From Flavobacteriales bacterium (GTDB lineage Bacteria > Bacteroidota > Bacteroidia > Flavobacteriales_D > Sanyastnellaceae), in contig JAWXBG010000223.1 of the NCBI GenBank assembly GCA_034439875.1, positions 2,973 through 66,972 on the forward strand: a stretch of DNA of 64,000 nt, given 5' to 3'. Shown piece by piece: positions 35,731 through 44,948 of the stretch (positions are counted from its first letter, which is position 1; every line of letters begins with the position of its first letter). Under the pieces are notes generated by a model. The model did not search any database. It saw nothing but the letters and a program-made list of their open reading frames with translations, and was not told the DNA's origin. A program made the translations under genes and the position numbers.

Positions 35731-36782
35731 TGGAAATAGAGGTTGTTGTAAAATTGCTTCTACCTTTATTGACGGGAGCTTTGGTCGCGTTGATCGGTAT
35801 TAAAATTTTATTGCGATACAAGTCTGGCTTAGGAGGCGAAAAGGGGAGTCGTGAAGAAATTCGCTGGTCACATCAGCAAGTTCCAACTATCGGAGGATTG
35901 ATACTTTTTGTGGCATTTCTTTCAGGTAATGTTTTTCATTTTTATTACATAGGGAGCTATAATATTCATTTGATCATCGGAGCATTTTTTGTTTTCGCAA
36001 TCGGTTTGTACGACGATTTGAAAGGTCTTGGAGTTGCAGCTAAGTTTATTGGTCAGTTGGCGGTGGCCATTGGAACTAGCATGAATGGTTTTGGGTTTCA
36101 TTTAATAGCTCCGGTACCCGACATGATTATTTCTGTATTCTTCTGGGTGGCTATTATGAATTCGTTCAATATGCTCGACAACATGGATGGTGTAGCAGGA
36201 AGTGTAGTATTGATTTTTTTTATAGGATGTGCCGTATTCGTGAATTGGATAGGATCAATCAGTTTAATCGGAGGTGTCATTGTATTCCTCATTTATAATA
36301 TGAAGCCGGCGAAAATTTATCTTGGGGATAGCGGAAGCCTAATGCTCGGCTACATCATGGGTTTTTTCGGAATTGCATTGATAGATTCATTTTTGTTTCT
36401 ATCTGAATCGAAATTTCTTGATATACTTGCTTTAATCTTCTGTATTTTTTGTTTCCCGCTCGCAGATACCGTTGTAGTAGTAGTGAATAGGCTTGTAGCC
36501 GGAATTTCACCTACTCGAGGAGGCCGCGACCATTCTACGCATCATCTGGTGTATGCTGGTGTGAAGGAAAAAGTGATACCATACTGCTATATGGGTGTGT
36601 CCGTTTTGGGCTGGCTTATATTAATTCTTGCAATGTATTTGGGTTGCATGGGCCCCGTAGGATCATGTGCTGCTTGGTTCAGTTTTGCAGCCTTTGGGTT
36701 TTTTATTCTTGTTACCTCACTACTTTGGATTATTTCGCGTTACAACATCAGAAATAATAAATTTACCTATACTTCACAATGA
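35730..36782 (+). CDS. glycosyltransferase family 4 polyprenyl-phosphate sugar-1-phosphate transferase (MraY/WecA family)
   Basis: A polytopic membrane protein with the motifs NMLDNMDG and GDSGSLMLGY. Confidence 0.85.
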   Translation: MEIEVVVKLLLPLLTGALVALIGIKILLRYKSGLGGEKGSREEIRWSHQQVPTIGGLILFVAFLSGNVFHFYYIGSYNIHLIIGAFFVFAIGLYDDLKGLGVAAKFIGQLAVAIGTSMNGFGFHLIAPVPDMIISVFFWVAIMNSFNMLDNMDGVAGSVVLIFFIGCAVFVNWIGSISLIGGVIVFLIYNMKPAKIYLGDSGSLMLGYIMGFFGIALIDSFLFLSESKFLDILALIFCIFCFPLADTVVVVVNRLVAGISPTRGGRDHSTHHLVYAGVKEKVIPYCYMGVSVLGWLILILAMYLGCMGPVGSCAAWFSFAAFGFFILVTSLLWIISRYNIRNNKFTYTSQ

Positions 36783-37699
36783 CCAAATCTCGCGTTATTC
36801 TGATCACCTCTTTGGCCTGCGCAACTTCAGCAATTGTGCTATTTGGCATCTTTGGATTTTCTGAGAATCCATCTTCAAAGCATACGGTATATGACAGAGT
36901 GCGCACCGAAGGTTATCGGATATACACTATCCCTCTGCCAGAAAAATTGGATTTTGCAGGCGAAGAGGTTCCGCTTTCGCAAAGTGATGTTCGCGAGCGT
37001 TTGGATCGCGAGTTTTTGGTGAATACCTACTGGCATAGCAATGCGTTTTTATGGATGAAAAGAGCCAACAGATGGTTTCCTGTAATAGAGCCTATTCTTG
37101 AACTCAATGGAGTACCAAAGGATTTTAAGTATTTATGTATGGTTGAAAGTAGCCTCATTCAAGACAAGTCGCCGCGAGGTGCGGTAGGATTCTGGCAGTT
37201 TATGGAAGAAACAGCCAAGCAGTTTGGTCTCGAAGTAAATGAAGAGGTAGATGAACGATACAATGTAGAAAGGAGTACTGAGGCAGCATGTAGATATTTC
37301 AAACAGGCGTATTCGAAGTTTGGTTCTTGGTCTATGGTTGCTGCATCCTACAACATGGGAATGACTGGCCTCGAAGATCAAGTGACTCGTCAGCGACAAT
37401 CGTCATACTGGGACTTGATTCTGAATGACGAAACATCCCGGTATGTGTGCAGAATTGTTGCGGCAAAAACCATCATCAACAATGCGGATACATACGGTTT
37501 TGTGATAAGGCCTATCGATTTGTACGAACCTCTAAAGTATAAGAATGTAACAGTAGATCACAGCATAGATGATTTTGCTTCATTTGCTGAGGGATATAAC
37601 ATGACTTATAAAGAATTCAAGCTTCTCAATCCATGGTTGCGGCAGGCATATCTGCGCAACAAACCAGGAAGGGTCTATACGTTTAAAGTGAAAGAATAG
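36779..37699 (+). CDS. lytic transglycosylase (SLT domain) protein
   Basis: It has an N-terminal TM/signal and the SLT catalytic region (VESSLIQDKSPRGAVGFWQFMEETAKQFGL, AASYNMG). Confidence 0.8.
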   Translation: MTKSRVILITSLACATSAIVLFGIFGFSENPSSKHTVYDRVRTEGYRIYTIPLPEKLDFAGEEVPLSQSDVRERLDREFLVNTYWHSNAFLWMKRANRWFPVIEPILELNGVPKDFKYLCMVESSLIQDKSPRGAVGFWQFMEETAKQFGLEVNEEVDERYNVERSTEAACRYFKQAYSKFGSWSMVAASYNMGMTGLEDQVTRQRQSSYWDLILNDETSRYVCRIVAAKTIINNADTYGFVIRPIDLYEPLKYKNVTVDHSIDDFASFAEGYNMTYKEFKLLNPWLRQAYLRNKPGRVYTFKVKE

Positions 37700-37704
37700 A
37701 ATAC

Positions 37705-38778
37705 TTATTGAATGTCAAATACTACTGACTTCACCCTAGTAGTAGGCACTTCGTCTATATTTTCTTTAAGGAGTAATTCCTGAATCTCTGGTCTAGCGAA
37801 AAGTTCTGATAAAGTATGTACTGCACCTGCTGGGATCTGCAGAGCGGTGAGTTTTTTCATCCAATCATCGCGATTGTCATCTTTGAAGGGTTTGGATAAA
37901 ATTTTGTAAAGTTCTTCCCTGTAGATTACACGATTCACATTCAGGGCAAATCTATCATCAAGGGATACTTCTGGCATGCCGAGCAATTCGCACAAATGCT
38001 GAAACTGCTTATCAGCTCCAATTGCGAGAACCAATTGTTTTCCGTCTTTACAAGTAACAGTCTCTCCATATGGAGAAATATTTGGATGTTCTGAACCCGT
38101 GAGTTCTGGTTCGTATCCCGCCATCAGAAAATTCGTTGCTTGATTGGTCAAAGCCGATATTGCTGCTGCTTCAAGACTGGTACTAATGTAATAACCTTTT
38201 CCTGAAATGGATCTTTGAATCAACGCGCACAAAATACCTTCCTTCATTTGATGCGCTGCAAGCACGTCTATCAAAGCCACGGGCATCTTCATCGGCCCCG
38301 AAGCTTTGGTTCCATTCATACTCATATACCCGGTCTCGGCCTGCAAAGCGACATCGTAGGCTGTTCTATTTGGTTGACTAATGAAACCTGCGAGATGAGC
38401 ATATATCAGTCTTGGATTTATCAGTTTAAGTTCGTCATACGCTACTCCGAATTTGATGTCGTCCTCGTGTTTTAGATTTGAAACTAGGATGTCTGCTTCT
38501 CTGATCAATTCCAAGAGCTGCAGCTTGTCCGAAGGATCTCTTAAATCTAGGAAAACATATTTTTTCTTGTAGTTTACCGAAGAAAAATAAGCTGTAATGT
38601 TTTTGCCCTTCTCAGAAGGAAGTTGCCATTTTCGGGTTACATCTCCTTGGGTTTTTTTATTCTCAATTTTGGTGACATCGGCGCCTAGCTCTGAGAAAAA
38701 AGTAGCCACAGATGGGCCGGCTAAAACCGTTGATAGGTCAATTACTTTTAATCCTTTGAAGATTTCATTCTGTTTCAT
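37705..38778 (-). CDS. CoA-transferase family III protein (CaiB/BaiF-like)
   Basis: The N-terminal GLKVIDLSTVLAGPSVATFFSELGADVTKIE..GDVTRKW is typical of the family. Confidence 0.8.
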   Translation of the reverse strand: MKQNEIFKGLKVIDLSTVLAGPSVATFFSELGADVTKIENKKTQGDVTRKWQLPSEKGKNITAYFSSVNYKKKYVFLDLRDPSDKLQLLELIREADILVSNLKHEDDIKFGVAYDELKLINPRLIYAHLAGFISQPNRTAYDVALQAETGYMSMNGTKASGPMKMPVALIDVLAAHQMKEGILCALIQRSISGKGYYISTSLEAAAISALTNQATNFLMAGYEPELTGSEHPNISPYGETVTCKDGKQLVLAIGADKQFQHLCELLGMPEVSLDDRFALNVNRVIYREELYKILSKPFKDDNRDDWMKKLTALQIPAGAVHTLSELFARPEIQELLLKENIDEVPTTRVKSVVFDIQ

Positions 38779-40091
38779 GTTGCTCCTTGGAGGGCTGATT
38801 TGTAAGTCGCTATAGCCCTGTTTCTGGCGAAGGTATGTTCTACAATTGGCTTTGGGTAGTTATTAGTAGAGATTTCCGGCACCCACCTCTTGATATAAAT
38901 CATTTTAGGATCGAATTTCTCTTGCTGTAGAGTTGGATTGAAAACCCGGAAGTAAGGGGCAGCATCACAACCACATCCAGCGGCCCATTGCCATCCGCCG
39001 ACGTTACTTGCTAGTTCAAAATCGAGCAATTTCGATGCAAAGTATTTTTCACCCCATCGCCAGTCAATTAATAGGTGTTTTGTGAGGAAACTAGCCACTA
39101 CCATCCTCACTCGATTGTGCATGTATCCTGTTTCGTTTAATTCTCTCATCCCTGCATCAACAATGGGATACCCCGTTTTTCCAGAACACCACTTTTCAAA
39201 TTTTTTTGGGTCATTTTCCCATGCTATGCGATCATATTTTTCATGAAATGATTTATTCACAGTTTGGGGAAAAAAGAAAATGATCATTTGATAGAATTCA
39301 CGCCAAATAAGCTCATCTAAAAACTTAGGACTAATTGTATGGGCTTTTTTTACCAATGATCTGATGCTTATTGTCCCAAACCTCAGATGTACGCCAAGCC
39401 TCGAAGTTCCATGAAGCGCAGGAAAATCGCGCGTCGCTGAGTACCCTGAAATGATTTGCAGGTTCGGTTTGGAAGTAGGGATTTCGAAACGACTTCGAGA
39501 AAATCCTATTTCATCCAGTCTGGGAAATGGTAAACTATTTACGGAGAGAAGTGATTTCAGTTTTTTTTCGGACGGAAAGTGCTCAAGATCGGCATCCGTG
39601 AGCCTCGATTTCCACTTCCGACTGTAAGGGGTGAACACGCTATAAGGTTTACTATCGTCCTTTACAACTTCTTTTTTTTCAAAAATGACATGATCTTTAA
39701 ATGTTCTGAACGGAATATTCTTACTTTCAAGTAGGTTGTATACTTCCGTATCGCGGGCTCTGGCGTATGGTTCATAGTCTCGGTTGGTGTATATGGCCTC
39801 AACTTTATTATCGGATATCAATTTGCCTATTACATCCAAAGGATTTCCATAGACAACTAAGATTGAGCCTCCATTCTTTTCTAATTCTGCTTTAATAGAA
39901 GAGATACAATCGTGTATAAGTTGGACTCGGGCATCGCTTTTATCTTCTAGTGCGAAAAGGATTTTCTGATCGAATATGAACAGAGGAAGTGTTGGACCAT
40001 CATTCAAACTTTCAAAGAGTGCATGATTATCCTCAATGCGCAGATCTCGACGAAACCAACAAATATTGAAAGGTTTGTCACTTATCTTCAT
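38775..40091 (-). CDS. phrB: deoxyribodipyrimidine photolyase (class I CPD type; cryptochrome/photolyase family)
   Basis: WFRRDLRIEDNHAL, TGYPIVDAGMRELNETGYMHNRVRM and GGWQWAAGCGCDAAPYFRVFNP are collinear with my recollection of E. coli PhrB. Confidence 0.9.
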   Translation of the reverse strand: MKISDKPFNICWFRRDLRIEDNHALFESLNDGPTLPLFIFDQKILFALEDKSDARVQLIHDCISSIKAELEKNGGSILVVYGNPLDVIGKLISDNKVEAIYTNRDYEPYARARDTEVYNLLESKNIPFRTFKDHVIFEKKEVVKDDSKPYSVFTPYSRKWKSRLTDADLEHFPSEKKLKSLLSVNSLPFPRLDEIGFSRSRFEIPTSKPNLQIISGYSATRDFPALHGTSRLGVHLRFGTISIRSLVKKAHTISPKFLDELIWREFYQMIIFFFPQTVNKSFHEKYDRIAWENDPKKFEKWCSGKTGYPIVDAGMRELNETGYMHNRVRMVVASFLTKHLLIDWRWGEKYFASKLLDFELASNVGGWQWAAGCGCDAAPYFRVFNPTLQQEKFDPKMIYIKRWVPEISTNNYPKPIVEHTFARNRAIATYKSALQGAT

Positions 40092-40992
40092 TGGTCAGCA
40101 CGTTTTGCATGGCTGATTGTATGTCTGGGAATTTAAATCTGAATCCCGTTTTTCTAAGTTTAGATGAGTCGTAGGCCTGATCGTCGAGAACAAGTCCTGA
40201 GCGTTCGCCAAGCAACATTTTTAATGGAAAAGTAGGGCTGCTTTTCATCAATACTTTTTTACCCATTTCTTTGGCAAAGGTTTCTGTAAAAGTCCTTTGA
40301 TCGGTAATCAAAGGTGAATTCGCATTAAAGATTCCTTTCATTTCAGGGTGGTCAATCACGTGAGAGATGATTCTACAAAGGTCGTCCACATGTACAAAGG
40401 ACATTCTCTGTTTTCCTGATCCTGGAACGAATCCCCCAAGCCATTTTACCAAAGGTTTGAGTTTGCCCACCACTCCACCTTCTGCCGCTAGTACGGCCGG
40501 AAATCTGAGTAGGACCCGTCTGCAAGTTGTTTTCTCTAGAGACTCAGATTCGGCTTCCCATTTTTTTACTACCTCGGATAAAAAACCATCTCCCGATGCG
40601 TCTTCTTCGGTTTTTACGCCAAATACGGATGAGTAATATCCTGTCGCACTCGCTCCGATATACAAGGAGGTATTCCATTTTCTTGAAGTGATTTGAGAGA
40701 CCAACAACGAAGTACTTTGTATACGGCTATCTAGAATTTTTTTTCTATTAGAAGTTGTCCATCTGCAATCAAGATTGTGTCCTGCTAAATTGATTATGAC
40801 ATCAGGCGAAGGGAAATTTGAAAGTATAACTTGTGATTCAGGTTTCCAAGAAACAATGTGCGGAATATTGGGATGGGTGCTGAACTTTTCTTTTGACCTA
40901 GAAAGTATAAATACTTCAGCTCCTCGGCTTTCCAATTCCGAAGCGAGGTGTTTGCCAATCATTCCGGATCCTCCGGCTACTAGAATTTTCAT
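40078..40992 (-). CDS. TIGR01777-type SDR (NAD-dependent epimerase-like with DUF1731 C-terminus, YfcH-like)
   Basis: It has a Rossmann N-terminus (MKILVAGGSGMIGKHL). I prefer the ATG at 40992. It overlaps the photolyase gene by 14 nt. Confidence 0.75.
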   Translation of the reverse strand: MKILVAGGSGMIGKHLASELESRGAEVFILSRSKEKFSTHPNIPHIVSWKPESQVILSNFPSPDVIINLAGHNLDCRWTTSNRKKILDSRIQSTSLLVSQITSRKWNTSLYIGASATGYYSSVFGVKTEEDASGDGFLSEVVKKWEAESESLEKTTCRRVLLRFPAVLAAEGGVVGKLKPLVKWLGGFVPGSGKQRMSFVHVDDLCRIISHVIDHPEMKGIFNANSPLITDQRTFTETFAKEMGKKVLMKSSPTFPLKMLLGERSGLVLDDQAYDSSKLRKTGFRFKFPDIQSAMQNVLTNEDK

Positions 40993-41168
40993 CAAAATGT
41001 GTAACAACTAATTCATCGAAATGTTCAAGGAACACTGTAAATGTAGGGAGTGTCCACAGCTTGTTCTCAGAATCTTTTAATTACAGGGTTTCTAGGCCAT
41101 TCAATACTAAGGCAGATATATCATATCCCGTTTCACAATTAAGGATTAAATTGCCACTTATTTTCAAA

Positions 41169-43007
41169 ATGATGAAGCTTTACTTTGCAATTCTTTCTCT
41201 GGCTTTCACACTCATCACAAGTTTTGTTGTGGCACAAACAGAATGCGTTGATGGATATGCAGGAATCTATCCATGTCAAAATGTGGATCTCATGTATTTC
41301 ATGGAGTTCGGCGAGTTTGGAGGTGGAACTACAAATGAAGTTTGGGGTTGGACAGATCCCTTGGATGGAACCGAATACGTGCTTTTGGGGAAAAGCAATG
41401 GAACTGCCTTCATAGATATTTCAAATCCCACGGATCCTTTGTATTTAGGAACCCTACCTCCCCATGGTGCGAATTCTATTTGGAGAACTCTGCGCATATA
41501 TAACAACTATGTCTTCGTAGGCAGTGAGGCAAGTGGTCATGGAATGCAAGTATTTGACCTCACTCGGTTGCGCGATGTAGCCAATCCACCAGAGACATTT
41601 ACCGAAGATGCCCATTATGGTGGATTCGGAAAGTGCCATTCCTTGGTTATTGATGAAGATAATGGATATGTTTATGCATGCGGTACCAATACCTTTTCAG
41701 GAGGTCTGCATGTTGTAAATGTGCAGAATCCTCTTGCGCCAGTGATTGCCGGCGGATTCAGTTCTGATGGATACACACATGAAGCGCAAGTGTTGACATA
41801 TAATGGTCCGGACGCGGACTATGTAGGACATACCATAGTTTTTTGTTTTAATGGAAACGGCCCGGCAAACTTTACCATTGTTGATGCAACTGATCTGACC
41901 GACATTTCGCTTGTATCTACTACTCCATATCCTAGTTTGGGTTATTGCCACCAAGGTTGGCTTTCTCCAAATGGCCAGCATCTTTTAATGAATGATGAGT
42001 TGGACGAGTACAATGGTTTGGTGAGTAATACGCGCACCCTTATCTGGAATATGAACAACTTGGACGCTCCGGTTTATATGGGCCAACATTTGGCTGCGAC
42101 AACCTCAATAGACCATAATCTATACATCATTGGAAACCTGTGCTACCAAAGCAACTACACAGCAGGGCTGAGGATTCTGGATGTAACGGATATAGCCATA
42201 CCACAGTTGAATGAAGTGGCTTATTTTGATCATTATCCGGCCAACAACAGTCCTGTTTTTGATGGCACTTGGATGAATTATCCTTACTTCGAAAGTGGAG
42301 TGATACCTGTTACTGATATCGACTTTGGGTTGTTTTTGTTGAAGCCAAACTTTATTTCTATCGAGAATATAGTGGCATCCATTTGTAGCTCCGAAGAAGC
42401 AATTTATGAGATTAATGTTGCAGATGGTTTTGCCGGACCTGTGAACCTTTCTGTGAGCGATTTACCTCCGGGTGCTACGTTTAGTTTCAGTTCAAATGGT
42501 GTTACTGCGCCGGCTACTGTTACACTTTCAATTCAATATCCAATAAATACCAGTGGAACTTTAGTATTCAGTGTTAGCGCTGAAGGTTTGCACAACTCAT
42601 ACAGCAGACAAGGAAGTACGTTGTTAGAGCCGGCTACTGCTTATTTTGAAGATACGGATAGCGACGGATATGGCAGCTCAGCATCCACTGTATTTGCTTG
42701 TATTACGCCACTTGGTTATTCGGCACAAACAGGCGACTGCGATGATACCAATGATCTTGTTTTTCCGGGCGCACTAGGAACAAGCGCAGGTATTGATAAT
42801 AACTGTAATGCGATCATAGATCCCTCGGAAGAATTGATCTGTGCCGACTTTGATAACAACGGCATTGTTTCTACATCAGATTTGTTGGTCCTCATTGCAG
42901 CAATAGGATGTCAATCAAATTGTGAAGCTGATCTCAGTGGAGATGATACAGTAGGTCTTCAGGATCTTCTTGTATTTCTCTCTCAATTCGGTCAAACTTG
43001 TCCTTAG
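41169..43007 (+). CDS. secreted LVIVD-repeat beta-propeller protein (choice-of-anchor B-like) with Cys-rich metal-binding-type motif and dockerin-like C-terminus
   Basis: A signal peptide runs from the ATG at 41169 (MMKLYFAILSLAF). It has CVDGYAGIYPCQNVDL near the N-terminus and LVIVD-like blades (YNNYVFVGSEASGHGMQVFDL). The C-terminus carries DTDSDGYG...CDDTN...DNNCN and then two DxDxDG-type loops. Confidence 0.6.
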   Translation: MMKLYFAILSLAFTLITSFVVAQTECVDGYAGIYPCQNVDLMYFMEFGEFGGGTTNEVWGWTDPLDGTEYVLLGKSNGTAFIDISNPTDPLYLGTLPPHGANSIWRTLRIYNNYVFVGSEASGHGMQVFDLTRLRDVANPPETFTEDAHYGGFGKCHSLVIDEDNGYVYACGTNTFSGGLHVVNVQNPLAPVIAGGFSSDGYTHEAQVLTYNGPDADYVGHTIVFCFNGNGPANFTIVDATDLTDISLVSTTPYPSLGYCHQGWLSPNGQHLLMNDELDEYNGLVSNTRTLIWNMNNLDAPVYMGQHLAATTSIDHNLYIIGNLCYQSNYTAGLRILDVTDIAIPQLNEVAYFDHYPANNSPVFDGTWMNYPYFESGVIPVTDIDFGLFLLKPNFISIENIVASICSSEEAIYEINVADGFAGPVNLSVSDLPPGATFSFSSNGVTAPATVTLSIQYPINTSGTLVFSVSAEGLHNSYSRQGSTLLEPATAYFEDTDSDGYGSSASTVFACITPLGYSAQTGDCDDTNDLVFPGALGTSAGIDNNCNAIIDPSEELICADFDNNGIVSTSDLLVLIAAIGCQSNCEADLSGDDTVGLQDLLVFLSQFGQTCP

Positions 43008-43045
43008 AAGTTGAAACAATTCTGCAGGTCTTCGTTTGATTTTAC

Positions 43046-44893
43046 TCAGATTGGTTCTTCCATCTGTTGATTGTACATTTTGAAGTACATTCCTTGTGCC
43101 TGCATTAATTCCTCATGCGTTCCCGATTCTGCAATTTTTCCATGGTTGAGAAAAATAATCTTGTCGCAGTTTTTAATGGAGGAAACACGATGACTAATGA
43201 TAAAGGTCGTTACCCCATGAATTCTTTTTTTCAATGAATTCAAAATTCGTTCTTCAGTTTCTGTGTCTACAGCAGAAAGGCAATCATCGAATACAAGAAT
43301 TTTCGGATTTCTGACAAGAGCTCTGGCAATAGCCACGCGTTGTTTTTGACCTCCCGATAAGTTGATTCCACGCTCACCTAAGAGTGTGTCATATTGATTG
43401 GGAAAGCCTAAAATACTTTCATGAATGTCTGCATCCTTTGCGGCTTCTATCATTTTATCCTTTGCACTTTCGTCGCTACCAAAAAGTATGTTGTTTTCTA
43501 TACTGTCCGAAAATAGAAATACTTCTTGTGGAACATATCCGATATTTTTTCTATAGTTATACAAATTGAGTTCTCGAATTGGTTTCCCGTCAGCATAAAT
43601 AACTCCGTCTTCTGGGTCATACATACGCATCAAAAGATTTGAAAGTGAACTTTTGCCCGACCCTGTTCTGCCCGTTATTCCTAGGCTTTGACCTGCCTTT
43701 ACTTCAAAGGAAAGATTACTTAGTGCCTTCGGGCCTTCATTGCGATACTTGAGAGAAACGTTTTCAAATCGAATACTTCCCTGCAAGGTGAGAGGTTCGT
43801 CGGAGTGATTTTTAACATCAGGTTCCGACTGTAAAAATTCGTTGATGCGTTTCTGACTTGCCTCAGCTTTCTGCACCAAACTAGACACCCATCCAACGCT
43901 AGCGAAAGGCCATGTGAGGAGATTCACATAAAAAACAAATTGAAAAATAGTGCCTATACTTACTTCCCCAGAAATCACTTTCAGACCTCCCATGTATACT
44001 GCAAATATGGTACTTAGACCAACTAGAAGTCCGATAACAGGCATAAATAGCGCATCCGTTTTAACCAATCGCAATTGCTTATTTTTATAAGCTGTGCTTT
44101 CTTCGTCAAATTGAGATGAGATATCACGCTCTCTCGAAAAAGCCTTGATCACTCTGATACCGCTGATTGTTTCCTGTACGATTGTGCTTAGTACAGATTG
44201 TTGTTTTTGAACCCGCTCTGTTCGTCGATTGATAATAGTACTTACATAAAAAATGGATATTGCCATAAAGGGCAAGGGCATAAGCGTGTAAAGCGTTAGC
44301 TCAACATCTGTGCGAAGCATCATCACTATACACAAAATGAAGAGCACAACTAGATTGATTGTATACATGATAGCCGGTCCCAAATACATCCTCACACGAT
44401 TTACATCTTCGCTTATCCTATTCATCAAGTCGCCTGTGCGATTATTTTTATAGAATTTCATGTCCAAATATTGATATCGATTATAAATCTCGTTTTTGAG
44501 ATCAAATTCGATGTACCGGGACATTACAATGATGGTTTGTCTCTGATAAAAGAGGAAGACTCCCTTTATAATATGCATGAGGAGATACATGCTAGCAAGC
44601 AGCGCTCCAATGGCTATAACCCGGCTCTTCCAGTTGGCAGTATTGGCCGTTTCATTTTCACCGTCAAGCCACGACGAAGCCCATGAAACATATTCGGGTA
44701 TTACAGTTTGTTGATATTCTTGTCCGGCTTGTGGTTTGTTGTTCAACGAATCGATGAGAAAATCAATTCCTTCTTTCACCACTTCTGGAGCGGCAACATT
44801 GAATAGATTCCCAGCTACAATGAATACAAAACCCAACATCATTCTTCCTCTGTACTTCCAAAGGTATTTGTTCAAGTGATTCAGGTTCTTCAT
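43046..44893 (-). CDS. ABC transporter permease/ATP-binding fusion (MsbA/multidrug exporter type)
   Basis: It has a six-TM N-terminal domain plus an NBD with Walker A GRTGSGKSS, signature LSGGQKQRVAIARAL and Walker B ILVFDD. Confidence 0.9.
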   Translation of the reverse strand: MKNLNHLNKYLWKYRGRMMLGFVFIVAGNLFNVAAPEVVKEGIDFLIDSLNNKPQAGQEYQQTVIPEYVSWASSWLDGENETANTANWKSRVIAIGALLASMYLLMHIIKGVFLFYQRQTIIVMSRYIEFDLKNEIYNRYQYLDMKFYKNNRTGDLMNRISEDVNRVRMYLGPAIMYTINLVVLFILCIVMMLRTDVELTLYTLMPLPFMAISIFYVSTIINRRTERVQKQQSVLSTIVQETISGIRVIKAFSRERDISSQFDEESTAYKNKQLRLVKTDALFMPVIGLLVGLSTIFAVYMGGLKVISGEVSIGTIFQFVFYVNLLTWPFASVGWVSSLVQKAEASQKRINEFLQSEPDVKNHSDEPLTLQGSIRFENVSLKYRNEGPKALSNLSFEVKAGQSLGITGRTGSGKSSLSNLLMRMYDPEDGVIYADGKPIRELNLYNYRKNIGYVPQEVFLFSDSIENNILFGSDESAKDKMIEAAKDADIHESILGFPNQYDTLLGERGINLSGGQKQRVAIARALVRNPKILVFDDCLSAVDTETEERILNSLKKRIHGVTTFIISHRVSSIKNCDKIIFLNHGKIAESGTHEELMQAQGMYFKMYNQQMEEPI

Positions 44894-44948
44894 TCGCTAT
44901 TACTCATTTAGATTGGTTACTTCCTAAAAGGTATTTTATTCTTTTGGT

